DNA from: Callorhinchus milii
Lineage: Eukaryota
Direction of reading: 5' to 3'
DNA length: 64,000 nucleotides
Assembly (NCBI RefSeq): GCF_018977255.1
Contig: NW_024704760.1
Location: 3,224,001-3,288,000 of the forward strand
Position 1 is the stretch's first letter, and each line of letters opens with the position of its first letter. A program made the translations under genes and the position numbers. The notes beneath the pieces are model-generated. The model was not told the DNA's origin, did no database searches, and saw nothing but the letters and a program-made list of their open reading frames with translations. Below, one piece after another: positions 12,615 to 25,490 of this stretch.

Positions 12615-14621
12615 GCGTTTGTGCAGGAAAAGAATATCTTACAGAGATATTTCCGTTAAATACTTTTACTTTGTTCCATCAGCCTCCTTGGAAACTGGTC
12701 TCTAATTGAAAGGAATGGAGGGATTAATTGGAAAAGGTTTACAAGATTNNNNNNNNNNNNNNNNNNNNNNNNNNNNNNNNNNNNNNNNNNNNNNNNNNNN
12801 NNNNNNNNNNNNNNNNNNNNNNNNNNNNNNNNNNNNNNNNNNNNNNNNNNNNNNNNNNNNNNNNNNNNNNNNNNNNNNNNNNNNNNNNNNNNNNNNNNNN
12901 NNNNNNNNNNNNNNNNNNNNNNNNNNNNNNNNNNNNNNNNNNNNNNNNNNNNNNNNNNNNNNNNNNNNNNNNNNNNNNNNNNNNNNNNNNNNNNNNNNNN
13001 NNNNNNNNNNNNNNNNNNNNNNNNNNNNNNNNNNNNNNNNNNTTAATGAGCTAGGAGAACAGGCAGGGAAATAGGATTTAAGGTCTGTCATGATCTAATA
13101 AACTGGCAGAATCAACGGTACACAAATCACTTGAGGATGGAGCAGGACGACAAAGAAATACTTGTTATTTTACTGGGACTGGAAAGGGATTGAAACAAGC
13201 TTTGAACTTTCTCATCCTCCAGACAGCTGAAACCGTGCCTTGTTTACCACATTGGAAAAATAAATCCACTTTGAATATGCATTAGCTGTCGAGTCCTGTT
13301 TATTTTCGTGGCGGTCAGGTTTCTTGTGAAAAAAATACAATGTCTTCATGCATGTTTCAATGTAAAATAAAATAAAATAAGAATCCATGTATCTGCTCCA
13401 GCATTAGCTGTGTCCTCTGATATCTGGTGAAGTGTTCCAGGACACTACCACACTTGAAAGGCGCTATATAAATGCAAGTTGTTGTTGTAATATATTCTGC
13501 CATTTGGGCTTTCAGATCAAATCAGTGTTACATTCTGGGATACAATTTGTTTCAAAATACTGTTTACGTTTTTGACAAATTGCAAGTCAGGTTATTCAAC
13601 AAAACGAATAAAACAGGACAACATCGAAACTTTCTAAAACAAACCGTCAACATTAAACAAAAGTAAACCTTCCAGGAAGCAATCATTGTTGTAGAGTTGT
13701 TGTCTTGTCCCTCGTTCTTCCCAACAATTGAAAAGATGTTTGCTGTACACAAATTGACTGCCACATTATGAATATTGAGATGTCCTCCCAATGCGAAAAG
13801 TGTGTATAAATGTAAATTGTATTGTATAAATGGATCATTATTGTGTATGGGTCATTTTCTCTGCTACACTTCTGCTCTTATAATGATGTGTTGTTAGGCT
13901 CTGTGACTGTAGAGGGCATCACAGTCTAACCTAATTTTTCTGAATTTCACTGACTGGGTTTGAATAGTAAATTAAATCTGTCTGATTTTCTCTTCTCATA
14001 GGCAATTATTCCAATTGTAGCATTCCTACTGCTGCCTCAGCTGAGATCAGATAACTCTACACTAGGGACTCGGCACCGAAACCAAACACACTTTGAGTTT
14101 AATAAAAATAATAATTCTTGTGTTTGATGCAGTGCCTTTCACATCCTGAGGATGTCTCAAAGTGCTTCACAGGATTTACTTAAAGCGTAGTGATTGTGTG
14201 TTTTGTAGTCAAACGTGTAGCACTGGGGATTAAAAAAATCCCAATTTGTGCCTTGCGTTAACCCACTAAACCATTGGGATAGCTCTGTATTACCAGAGCT
14301 AATCTGTAGATTACCAAAGACAGATTTCAAGACCCAAATAATAATAGCCATAAGACCCCCCCAAAAAAAATTATGTTGTTCATTCTGAGAATAATGTTAA
14401 GGAAATATCCAGGCTTTAATGGATTTCATAAACTGTCCTCTATAATCTCTGGTGTCGCACACGTATTGGAATATTTTCCATGTACTGAATAACTCACACT
14501 TCATTTTAAAAACTAGAAAAATAAAAAATATTGAAACGTTTGTGGAACCAATAAATGGTTTCAGGATTTTGAGATCTTTTAAACAAATATCCTTTAAAAT
14601 CCTCCTCGTTTCATCTTTTTG

Positions 14622-14995
14622 GAATCCTATAGAGTATTGGTTGGAGCCCTCGCCTCGCAAGCTGGAGGACCTGGGTTCGATTTCGAGGCAGGGAAAAACG
14701 TTAGGCAAGTTTCCTTACTCCACACGCCTCGGTTTACATCGCAGTAAGAATCCGGTTGTCAGTTGATTGGCCAATTACTTTTCCAGGGGTAATAATCCCT
14801 TCCCAAAAAAAATAATAATAATAATTTGGTCACCCAATCCACGACTGTTTGTAGGACATTGTTGCGTGCAAATTGGCTGCCCCATTTCGCCCACAAAATA
14901 TACAGTCAATTCACTTTACAATATATTCTGTGAAGCACTTTGAGTCGTCTCAATGACGTGGTAACGCGCTATATCAAATGCAAGGATTATTATTA
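14622..14995 (+). mobile_element. tRNA-derived SINE, CGC-loop subfamily
   Basis: Head GAATCCTATAGAGTATTGGTTGGAGCCCTCGCCTCGCAAGC...GGTTCGATT, shared body and GCAAGGATTATTA tail. Relatives at 22139, 34575, 49913(-) and 56420. Confidence 0.8.
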
Positions 14996-16409
14996 TCTCA
15001 CTGGGGTGAGTCTTAAAGTAATTCAATGCGAAGGGAAGTCAAAATTTTAACAACGCAAATGATTTGTTCTGATTACGTTGTCAATGAGTTTCGAGGAAGG
15101 AAAATGGGAATCTCTCCTGGAATCGGTTTAAGCTTTACTGATGGAAACAAATCCTTATATAGATCTCGCCAAGTGGCTTTTGACTTTAATTCGATGAGAT
15201 GAAACTCTAAAAGGATTGAAAAACAGGTGCAGAGGTTTTGACTAACATCAGCACTAAGCCATCAATCACAACCTGTTGCAATGGGCGAACATTGAAGCGA
15301 GATACATCAGTCTGGGACTCGCATTAGTAGTTTATAATTATCACACACACTGCTTGGGGAGCTGTAAAATAGAGACACATACATATTTTAACTGACCTGT
15401 TTGTCTAATTTCATTTTACCTTTGCATTGTCCTTTACAGACAAGGAACAATAATAATAATAATAATCTCACAGTTCATTCTTATATGGTGTTGCAGAACC
15501 TGAGCACATTTAATAATAATAATAATAATCCTTGCATTTGATATAGAGTCTTATCACGTTTCTTTGAGACATCTCAAAGCGCTTTACAGAATACACTGTA
15601 AAATGAATTGACTGTGTACTTTGTATGAGAAACTCGGCAGCCAATTGCTCACTGCAGTGTCCCACAAACACTCGCTGATTGAGTGACTAAATGATTCTTG
15701 TTTTTTTTTAGAGAGAGAGACAGACGCGGTTTAATTGACCTATTTGTCTAATCCCTTTTGCCTTTGCATTGCCCTTTACAAGGCAAGGAACAATCCAACT
15801 TGAAAACAAATGGTGACTGTATTACATTGCTTGCGCTAAACATGGAGACATTTTAAAAAAAACAACAATATTGATTTTATTAGTCAGTCATGAAATTGAT
15901 ATCAGGCGTTTACGCATTCCATCATGTGGTTACTTCACGTGGTTACTTGAACAAAACATACACAAGGTCTAACTTAATAGTACATAGAAGAACCAAAAAG
16001 CATCCTTTTGAGAGTCAATTTACAATGGATAGAGAGCACGTTATACCTTCAAAGGGCATACAATTCAGTCTACTGTACATATGTTAATAAAAATAGTAGA
16101 TATGACAAACCATCACCTGTTTGTGCAGTTACTCACAAAATCTTAACGTATCATCCAGTTCAACTGCGCTGGAAAGTTATTTCAACTACTGTATAACTGA
16201 GCAAAGTTGAGTCATGAAACCACAATATACCGAGTGCGTGTTCAGTTTCTGAAAATAGTTCGAGTAACTTTTGTCAGCTTCACTCCCCTCTCGGTCAAAT
16301 AAATCTATATTTTTGTTGTGGATGTAATATCGCTGTCTATTTTCTTTAAAAAAATATCAAAAGTACAAAGGAATGAGTATGTGGGGACAGAGGTGGAGCC
16401 TGTTTTTTT

Positions 16410-16665
16410 GGGTGGCTTGTCGGGTCGCCTTTCACGTCAAGAGGACGGCCCAAGGTGCTGGACAGTCAGGGATTTGGACCCGAGCTGGGGGTTGGGATGA
16501 GGAGGGGTGGGGGCACTGATGAGAGCCAAGCAGGAGAGTCTCGGTCTTGTTGACGTCCAACTGGAGAAAATTAGGGTGAGAAATAGAGTCGGATGTCATC
16601 CCCATTCATGTGGAAGTTGACCCCATGTCTGCGGATGATGCCACCAAGCGGGAGCACGTAGATAC
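16410..16665 (-). mobile_element. L2-type LINE fragment in the GUCA1B 3' UTR
   Basis: Reverse complement atctacgtgctcccgcttggtggcatcatccgcagacatggggtcaacttcc matches the L2 RT segment at 31780-31870 and is followed by an L2-type tail. Confidence 0.7.
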
Positions 16666-16709
16666 TGAAGGGTTTACAATCACAAAGCTTTGGGATTTAG
16701 GATTTTTGT

Positions 16710-19700
16710 TTAAAACAAAGCACTTTTGCGCCTCTGCTCATTAATCCAGCCACCCGGATTCACATCCATCTGAAGCATCTTCATCACCCACTTGTCCCTG
16801 CGAGCTCCATCAATAAATTCATCCAGGGATAGGTGGCCTAGAGAGTAAGAGAGAGAGGGAACGTAAATAGCAATAATAATAATTCCTGCATTTGATACAG
16901 CGCTTTTCACGTCTTCGAGACGTCTCAAAGCGCCTCACAGAATATACTGTAAAGTGAATTGACTGTATATTTGTGGGCAAAACGTGGCGATGAAACTAGG
17001 AAGTAAGGGAAGCAGGCAGTGTAACATCATTAAAGCCATAGACCACGTAGTTATGAAAAGTTCTTATATTAAATTTAGTCTTAATTTGGAAGCCAGTTTT
17101 TCACAGTTTTTTTTTATATCAAAAAAACTGACAATGATTGACTGGTACCCTAATAGCTCACGTGTGACTCCAAATGTTTACATAACTCTCGTTCATATTC
17201 CATCGCCTTATGATAAGCAGAACCAGAGGCTAACATAGCAAGCATCTGGAGCGATTAGAACACAGCTATACACCGCGATAAGAAGCTGTCACTATAGGGC
17301 TGTCTGAGGATCACTCAACAAGGCTCGGTTCTAATCACACTGCAAGGCATCGCTGTGCCGAATTCTCTGCCACCTCCACCTAAACAACACGCAGTTGCTA
17401 CACTTTACAGTAAATCCTGTGAAGGGCTTTGCGATGTCCTCCCGACGTGAATGGCGCGGTATCCAACGCAAGGATGATTACCACGAGTACAATTGGCACA
17501 TTGAACCAGGTTTGCTGCACTTCAAGCTCAGAAGAAGGAAGGCCAACAGATGATTCAGATCAAGTGTAAATCTATGGATTATTATTATTGTTATTATTAT
17601 AACTATTTTGCAGCAGGGATATGTATCAAGCAGACTGCCCAAACAAACAAACGTCACTGGCAAATTGATGAAGGAGCAGGATTGATCTTTGTCAAGCGAA
17701 GCAATTGAAGGGGAAAAAGAGATAAAGTATCAACCGGTATTTGTCAACGTACTGGACAGGCTGAATGTTTCCGGGTCTATACACTCAATGTTTGTGAACG
17801 TTTGCACAAACGAGAAGAATATTTGTGAATGTTTGCCGACATGTTGCAACTCCAGTGAAAATAGCCCATCGAAAGAAAAGATGGGCGTAAACTAGCTGTT
17901 AATAAACTGAAATGTGCATTACGTGTTGCAAAAACTAACACCTCGGCTCCGTTCGCTACTCCACGTGAAGGAGGCAATGCAAATGCAAGTGGCTGTTGTT
18001 GTTGTAGCAATACCTACCATCGCCATTTTCATCAACCAACTGGAATATTCTGTCCACAACCTCTTCTGGGGTCAGCAGTGGAGAATCATCTTCCAGGTTA
18101 GCATGGCAAGCCTTCTTTAACCTGTAGATAGACTAGAAACGAAGAGGGACGTCATTTGGATGCTCTTCGCATGTCGACTAGATTTTTTTTTAGTTAGACA
18201 GGTGTCTAACACACATTCAAGTCCATTATTATGATAGCTAAGGGTATCCAAACCAGACAGAGCTCCACATACGTGTATCACTATACGCGGAAATTTCCCT
18301 GTGTCTGGAATGGAACGTGTCCTCTCTCTGAAACGAAGGACACAGCCTGTTTATCTAATCCCGGAGGGTATTAGGCGCAGGTTGGCAAGCCTTGGGGATC
18401 CCAGAGCGTGCGTTGAGGTAACTGCTGGAGTTTAACCAGCTAAACCTGTTTCACCCACAAAATATACAGTCAATTCACTCCCCCAATGGCCTCAGGTCTG
18501 CCCCTCCATACTCCACTGATGAGCCAGACGGGCTGGTCTGTCAACAGTGTCCTGGAGTACAGTACTGTGGAGTCCTGTAGCTCAGTAGTTAGAGCACTCG
18601 CTTTGCAAGCGAGAGACCTGAGTTCAATCCCCGGCAGAGGGCGAAACCTCGGGCAAGTTTCCTTACTCCACACAGAGCCTAATAATAATCCCTCCAAACC
18701 AAAAACAATAATAAATTGGTCATTTTCAATCTACGACTGTTTGTGGGACATTGCTGTGCGCAATTGGCTGCCGCGTTCGCCCACAAATATACAGTCAATT
18801 CACTTTACAGTGTGTTCTGTGAAGCGCTTTGGGACGTCCTCCGACGTCAAGAGCGCTATATCAAATGCAAGAATTATTATTATTATTACTGTGGGACCAC
18901 CTGACTAACACACTCTACTGTCAAGACCACCACAGAGGGTGGACTCGAATCCGACATTCTGTTGCTAAGCACGTCACCTTGGAACCAGCTCCAAAGAGCT
19001 TATCTACGTCCCCACCTCTCCACCCCATCCCCAAGGAGGGATCAAAGAGCAAGACAGAAAACAGATGGAAGTCACAAACCTCCACAATCTCAAGCAGTTC
19101 GGTTTTATCGATACATCCGTTCCCGTCTTTATCGTAAACTTTGAACGTCCATTTCAATTTGTGCTCCAGTTTGCCTCTTAAAACCAGGTTCAATGCCGCC
19201 ACATATTCCAAGAAGTCAATGGTGTTATCCTGAGAAAAGAAAATCAAGTGCGTGTTACTGTGTCTTTCAAATGCACCAGATTTGGGGGGTTTTGGTACAC
19301 CGGGTGTCTGACACATCCGTAAACAACAACAACAAATTACATTTGTATAGCACCTTTCACGTCGGCAGGATGTCCCGAGGAGCTGGACATTCAGGCATTT
19401 GGACCCGAGAATTCATTGTGAAATGTTGTGAATTTCACCCTTATGTTCAGAGCAAATCTTCCCCTCCACAAACTCCAGAAGGTCCAGACCGCCCACAAAA
19501 TATTGGTTTTATATTGTTCCTCCTACATACCCTGGATATACACATACATGTATATATATATATTTGTACATTAATTTACTTATGTTCATCGATTTAAATC
19601 ATTTAATATTTTTTACTTGAAACACATTGTGATAAAAGCTATGACCAAAGAAGCAGTCCCTCCCTTCCTCCCTCCCTCCCTCCCTCCCTCCCTTACCCCA

Positions 19701-19894
19701 TTCTTGTCAAATGCCCGGAACATGTTTTCGATATAACTGGCCGCTTCTTGGTTCTCGGTAACTCCGAAGAAATGTTTGAATTCGTGCATGAAGAGTGTTC
19801 CGCTGGGACATTCCACCACAAACTTTTTGTACCAATCCTGCAGCTCAGCGACATCGATGTCCATGTTATTTTCATCGCTCAACTTCTGCCCCAT
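16710..19894 (-). CDS. GUCA1B: Guanylyl cyclase-activating protein 2 (GCAP2), 4 exons, 196 aa
   Basis: Exons 19894-19697, 19229-19080, 18132-18018, 16837-16710; 591 nt in frame. MGQ...[56 protein letters not shown], and the GCAP2-type C-terminus EQRRKSALF. Confidence 0.95.
18569..18890 (+). mobile_element. Full-length tRNA-derived SINE in GUCA1B intron 2
   Basis: Near-identical to the copies at 1181-1495 and 11631-11950. Confidence 0.9.
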
Positions 19895-21235
19895 CGTCGG
19901 ACACCACAGAGCCCTCTCCGCCCAACACACGGACTGGGTCAGTCTTGCAGACAGAGTGCCCTGCTCAATCCTCCTTCACCTTGGCAAGGACTGGGCAGGA
20001 CTCTTCCCAAACTGACGCACTCAATCAACACTCACGTCAACCGGGACCAGTCAATATGCCTTCACGATGTGGGCCTTTTCCTCTTCAATCCCCTCCACAG
20101 GTGTCTTTTCTGAGCCTGGGTCCTCTCTCTCTCTCTCCCTCTCTCCACGATCGACCCTTGCCACAATAGGGACTGGTTGATCTTCAGATACAGAGGGATT
20201 TCCTTTCCTTGATCACTCAAACAATGGCTGCTCTCTCTGTTCTATTTTAATCAATTCAATGAGTTGATCTTCGGATAAAGAGGTCTTTCTATCCTCAATC
20301 ACTTAAACATTGTTTGGTGGGTGTGAGACTGGATCGTTCTGTGCTTGATCAGCCCTCACCTCAACATGGACTGGTTGATGTTTACAAACCAGGACTTGTT
20401 AATTTCAGAGTACGAACTCCAGAATCCAGACTTTTTGACCTTGAACCAACATCAGCTAAGCACAGAAGCGTTGTTTCTCCTGAATTTGTGACCCTTTCCC
20501 AAAGCGTACAATTAGCTCTTTAGTAAGAGCTGGTGTCTTAGAGCTGAACCCACCTCAATCCTTCTCTCGTGCTCTATTGTTACTGAAGACAAGGACTTAA
20601 TCGGTCCTTATTAAAACAAGTTTCTAGATCCAACACCACCAAACAGGGCAAAGCCTACTTAGAGGGCTTTAAGTTTATTTTGAGCTTCCCAACAGGCATC
20701 TTGATCACTGTGTGATAACATTCGGTGACCTCTACCTGTCCTAAATACAGACTCGGTGGCAGCCTCACATGTCTGAGTCTTGGTCAGGAAGCTGCTGGTT
20801 GATAAAGAGTAAGACATTTTGAGATCTAATTAAAAATAGAGAGTGGATACACAAATGCACAGCTTCTTCTTTTTTGCTAATCATTTCTCTAAGTGGTTAA
20901 AAACTTGGGAGGATTTGACTTTCAAATGGGATTTCCTGCATTCCTGCTATGTGTGTATTCCTGGATCCTTCCAGGGATGTGTGGAATTCTCAGTTTGGTT
21001 TGGATACTCTTAAGCAGGTGATGGGTTTCCGCTTGTATCAGACACCCAGACACGTTTAGCAAACAGGATTAGGAGGAGTGGAGGCTCATGTGGAGTATAA
21101 ACATTTATTCAGTTACTACACTTTACATCATGTCCTGTAAAGTGTAGTAACTGAGCGTGCTATTTGATAGCCAAATTCCAAAATTAGAGAGTGGTTTTAA
21201 ATAGTTTAAATCCATTGTCGGTGAAACATAATTGT

Positions 21236-21552
21236 GGAGTCCTGTAGCTCGGCGGTTAGAGCACTCGCTTTGCAAGCGAGACACCTGGGTTCAATTCCCA
21301 GGCAGGACGAAACCTTGGGCAAGTTTCCTTACTCCACACAACTAATAATAATCCCTCCAAAATGCAACAATAATAAATTGGTCATTTTCAATCCACGACT
21401 GTTTGTCGGGAAGCTGCTGTGCGCAATTGGCTGCCGCGTTTTGCCCACAAATATACAGTCAATTCACTTTACAGCATATTCTGTGAAGCGCTTTGAGATG
21501 TCCAGAAGATGTGAAAAGCGCTACAACAAATGCAAGGATTATTATTATTATA
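21236..21552 (+). mobile_element. Full-length tRNA-derived SINE
   Basis: GGAGTCCTGTAGCTCGGCGGTTAGAGCACTCGCTTTGCAAGCGAG head and (TTA)n tail. Confidence 0.85.
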
Positions 21553-23261
21553 ATTACATTTTGCGCATCAGCTAAGGAAACTTATTTGCCTCTAATGGAT
21601 TAGACGATACGAGTGTCAACTTTAAATGCACCACTCAACTTAAGAAAGGGAGCGGTACTACAATTTAGTTAGGTGCCTGGGAACTCCGCAAGTGAATTCA
21701 ATTGAATGATATTTAATTAAATGATAGTTAATTACATAAATGGCGCGATGGGCCGAATGGCCTTCTTCTGTGCTGTACAATTCTATGATTCCATGATAAT
21801 TATGGCAATCTTCTAGGTATTCATTTTTTTTTAGCAAACCACTCCACAGATCGGCGAGGACTGGGCAAAATAAAGAAAATGAATGGCTTCTCCAAAAAAA
21901 AACAAAGTTTCCAACAGTCACTTGACCTTTAAAGGTCTTGTTGAGATTTGCGAGGCAATCTACCAAAGTGATTTGGTGCATTAGGTTGCATTAGATTTCA
22001 GCTCAACTACAATTTAAACAAAAGATATGATCTATTGTTATTAAAAATGCTTTAACATCATTGGTCATTCAAAGGGTTTAGGCAACACATGATGCTACTT
22101 GCAGTCACCTTGAGCTCCCAGTTCTGGAAACAAGCGTAGACCCGTAGCGTATTGGTTAGAGCACTCGCCTCGCAAGCGAGAGGACCTGGGTTGGATTCCT
22201 GGGCAGGGTGAAACTTTAGGCAAGCTTGCTTACTCCACATGCTTCTGTTTACCCAGCAGTAAATAAAAACCCGGTTGCTAGTCAGTTGGTGGATGGCTTT
22301 TCCGAGGGTAAAAGTCCCTTAAAAAAAGATAATAATTTGGTCACTCAATCCACGACTCAGTGTGGGCAATTGGCAGCCGTGTTTCACCCACAAAATGCAC
22401 AATTAATCCACTTTACAGCATATTCTGTGAAGCGCTTTGACACATCTCGAAGATGTGATAAGCCACTACATCAAATGCAAGGATTATTATTAAGTAACGA
22501 GCTGTGTCTGGGGCACCTTTAATGAGTACTTCACGTCTTCCCTTAGAAAGGAAATTAGGGTGAGCCCGGTCTCGCAACAAATAATAATAATAATCCTTGC
22601 ATTTGACATAGAGACTCATCATTTCATTGAGACATCTCAAAGCACTTTATAGAATATACTGTAAAGTGAATAGACTGTATATTTTGTGGGCGAAACGATA
22701 AGGCGAAATAAGACAGCAGTTTGTGGCAAAGTTAGCAGTCCAGTCTTAGAGCTCTGCACAAGTTTTTAAAAACATAACACTGCAGAGCTATTCTAGGTCA
22801 CAAGAGAAAACGCTAAATCATTAGCTCTAAGCATCGATTAATTGTGTCACAGGCAGGGATTATGCTTTGTAAGACGCTTTGGTGGTTTAATTGGAGAACA
22901 ATGTGAAAAGAGGGACTTTGAAGGTGAAAATGAAACCTCGCAGGCGAACATTCTGGAAGGTAATACAGTACCTGGAAAACATTCTTTCACTGAGTGTATT
23001 TAGAAACCTGCTGGAATGGTTGGAAGCTATGGCTTCGTAAGCGAAGGGGGAGGAAGGTTTGTGATTGTCAACATTGCAATTCTCCCTAAAATGCTTTAAA
23101 CAGCGACGTGGGTTATTTCTAAGAGGCACCCAACTCACCTAATTCTGGAGAGTGTTAGGCAGGTTGGCAAGAGTTACGACTTGAGCACCCCAGATGTCAA
23201 ATGCAAGGATTATTATTATTATTATATTATTATTATAAATCCACACATGACCTATTTCACA

Positions 23262-23460
23262 GGTCAGGCAGCATCTATGGAGAAAGTAAAGTGAGTCAAC
23301 CTTTCGGGTCCACGACCCTTCATCGGAACCAGTTCTGACGGAGGGTGTTCGACCCGAAACATTGACTCACTTTCCTTTCTCCATAGATGCTGCCTGACCC
23401 GCTGAGTGTTTCCCAGCGACTTCTGTTTTTGATTCAGATTTTCAGCATCAGCAGTATCTT
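23262..23460. mobile_element. Palindromic repeat resembling a Penelope-like element terminal repeat with hammerhead-like cores
   Basis: Inverted repeat 23262-23399 (ggtcaggcagcatctatggagaaag...ctttctccatagatgctgcctgacc). Each arm has a near-match to CTGANGA-stem-GAAA. Confidence 0.6.
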
Positions 23461-25260
23461 GCATTTGGCTTGCCATTTCATTGGAAGCACTGTGTGGCAA
23501 GCTTCCCACTGCTTGTCTTGCTAGGACCACCCTACTCATTAAGACATTGGCTTGCAGGTTTAACAGGAGTCCCTCCGATGAGCAAGGCTGGGTTAGTCTG
23601 ACACAAGCCTCAGCAGTGCCCTGAATTACTGCAGATCTACCTGACTGAATAGCTCCAGGGCCTTCGAGCCTCTATGAATAAGAGCACCAGGGCCAGACAG
23701 AAACACACAACCATTAGGAAGACATTTTAAATTAAACGGGGATAGTTACACGGGAGAAAGAGAGAGCCATTAACAGATTGCAGCGTGTTAGAGAAGGCGT
23801 GAAAGGAAAATACAGATAAGACAATGGTGATTCTGACATCTTTGAGTAACGGTAATCTCGTCACAGTAGAAACGTTGATGTATCATTGTACTTGCTCAGC
23901 ACTATCTAATGGGGTTTTGGGCTAGCAGGGTTGAATGTGATGTATACAGTGAAATCTCATTGCTGAGCCAATTGACAGTCTGGCCGGCTATCAGTTAGGT
24001 AACTGCAAAACTGCCAGTTTGTACGTTTGTCCCCTTAGAGCCAGTTTCAACTCCAGGGCAATAATAAATAAAATTAACTCTTGCATTTAATAGGTCCCAC
24101 TGTTTGTGGGGACACTGCTGTGCGCAATTGGCTGCCACGTTTCGCCCACAAAATACGCAGTCAATTCACTTTACAATATATTCTGTGAAGCGCTTTGAAA
24201 CGCCTCAATAACGTGAAAAGCACTATGTCAAATGCAAGGATTATTATTATTATGTTCTGGAATGATGAGATCAAGTGGGCTGAAGGTAGGGTGCCCATAT
24301 TTTGTAAACCAAACCCAGAGACATGTATATATTTTTAAAAAATTGTAATTCACCACAATTCTTGATGCTGGCAATACTGGTGAAGCTTGTTGGATTAGTG
24401 GCTGTGTTTCTCTGATGAGTGCGTCTGTTTTAGAATTTTATTGTCGTTGCTCAGTTTGTTGCTGAACTCAAGACAGGGCAAGTCTGGCCCCAGGGTCACA
24501 CAATACCTCACCCGGAAATCAGTTCACCTTATTCGAAGGGCCTTCCTCATCCAAACCAATCTGGTGAGGAGACTCATTCATCGAATAAGGGTCCTCTTCC
24601 CTAAATCAAACACAAATTCAGAGCGTATTAGTCTGATCGATCAACAACGTCTGATAAATTCAAACTGGGCTTCCTCTTCGATCGTGCTCACACTCATCTC
24701 CTCCCTCCGAGGCTCCGCCATTGTTTTCTTTTCAACCGTGCCTTCAGCTCCCCTCTCGACTCCCTACCCCCTCCTCGCTCCCTCCCTTCCCTCCCCTCAC
24801 CCTGACCATTTCCCCCATGCTCGGGTCCCGACCCAACTGCCCAGCACCTTGGGACGTCCTCCGGACGTGAAAGGCGCTCTATGAATGCAATCTTGTTGTT
24901 GTTAAGCGCTCCGAGACCCTGCCCGGGGTGAAGGGCGTCGGGTAAATACACGCAAGCCGTCTTTGCTGCCGTCGTAGGGACTGGATCACGGCTGGAGCAA
25001 TTGGATTCATCTTATTCAGGTGACACACACGTACACGCGCACGTACACGCCCAAAAGCGCAATCTAAAAATAGCAGCTAACTCCAAGGCCATTTGAGTGG
25101 TTGGGTGGCAAGGTGTGGCACCCAAACATCCTTCAGCGCATATATGGACAACCGACACAGGAAAGACTTTCAAGTGTCTGAAAGGTGTGTCATAACTTGG
25201 TCTTGAGCCAGTCCCCATGAATCATGGCCAAACAGCCAACCAACCAACCAACCAGTCAAG

Positions 25261-25293
<33 letters not shown>

Positions 25294-25299
25294 TCACTG

Positions 25300-25490
25300 C
25301 AATGAAACCAGGCAGGTGAACACAGCAAGAAGCAGGAAACTCATACACTCATGTGACCTGTTGGGAATGAGTCACTTAATACACACCTAAATTGAACCGA
25401 AACCCAGGCAAAGGAAACATACACAGCACACCTGGGTGCAGGAAAGGGTTTGAGGATGGTGTGAGGTTGCTCCTGGGAGATTCACAGGTG
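25300..25490 (+). promoter_or_regulatory. Putative IRF6 promoter / non-coding first exon
   Basis: AP-1 TGAGTCA 25368-25374, AACCGAAACC 25395-25404, several CAGGTG/CACCTG E-boxes, strong donor CAG|GTGAGT at 25487/25488. IRF6 ATG sits directly after an acceptor, so upstream UTR exons are required. Confidence 0.5.

Noticed and set aside
12702-13091. ORFs spanning N runs (also 25525-25797 and 41075-41459)
   Set aside because: Assembly-gap artefacts.
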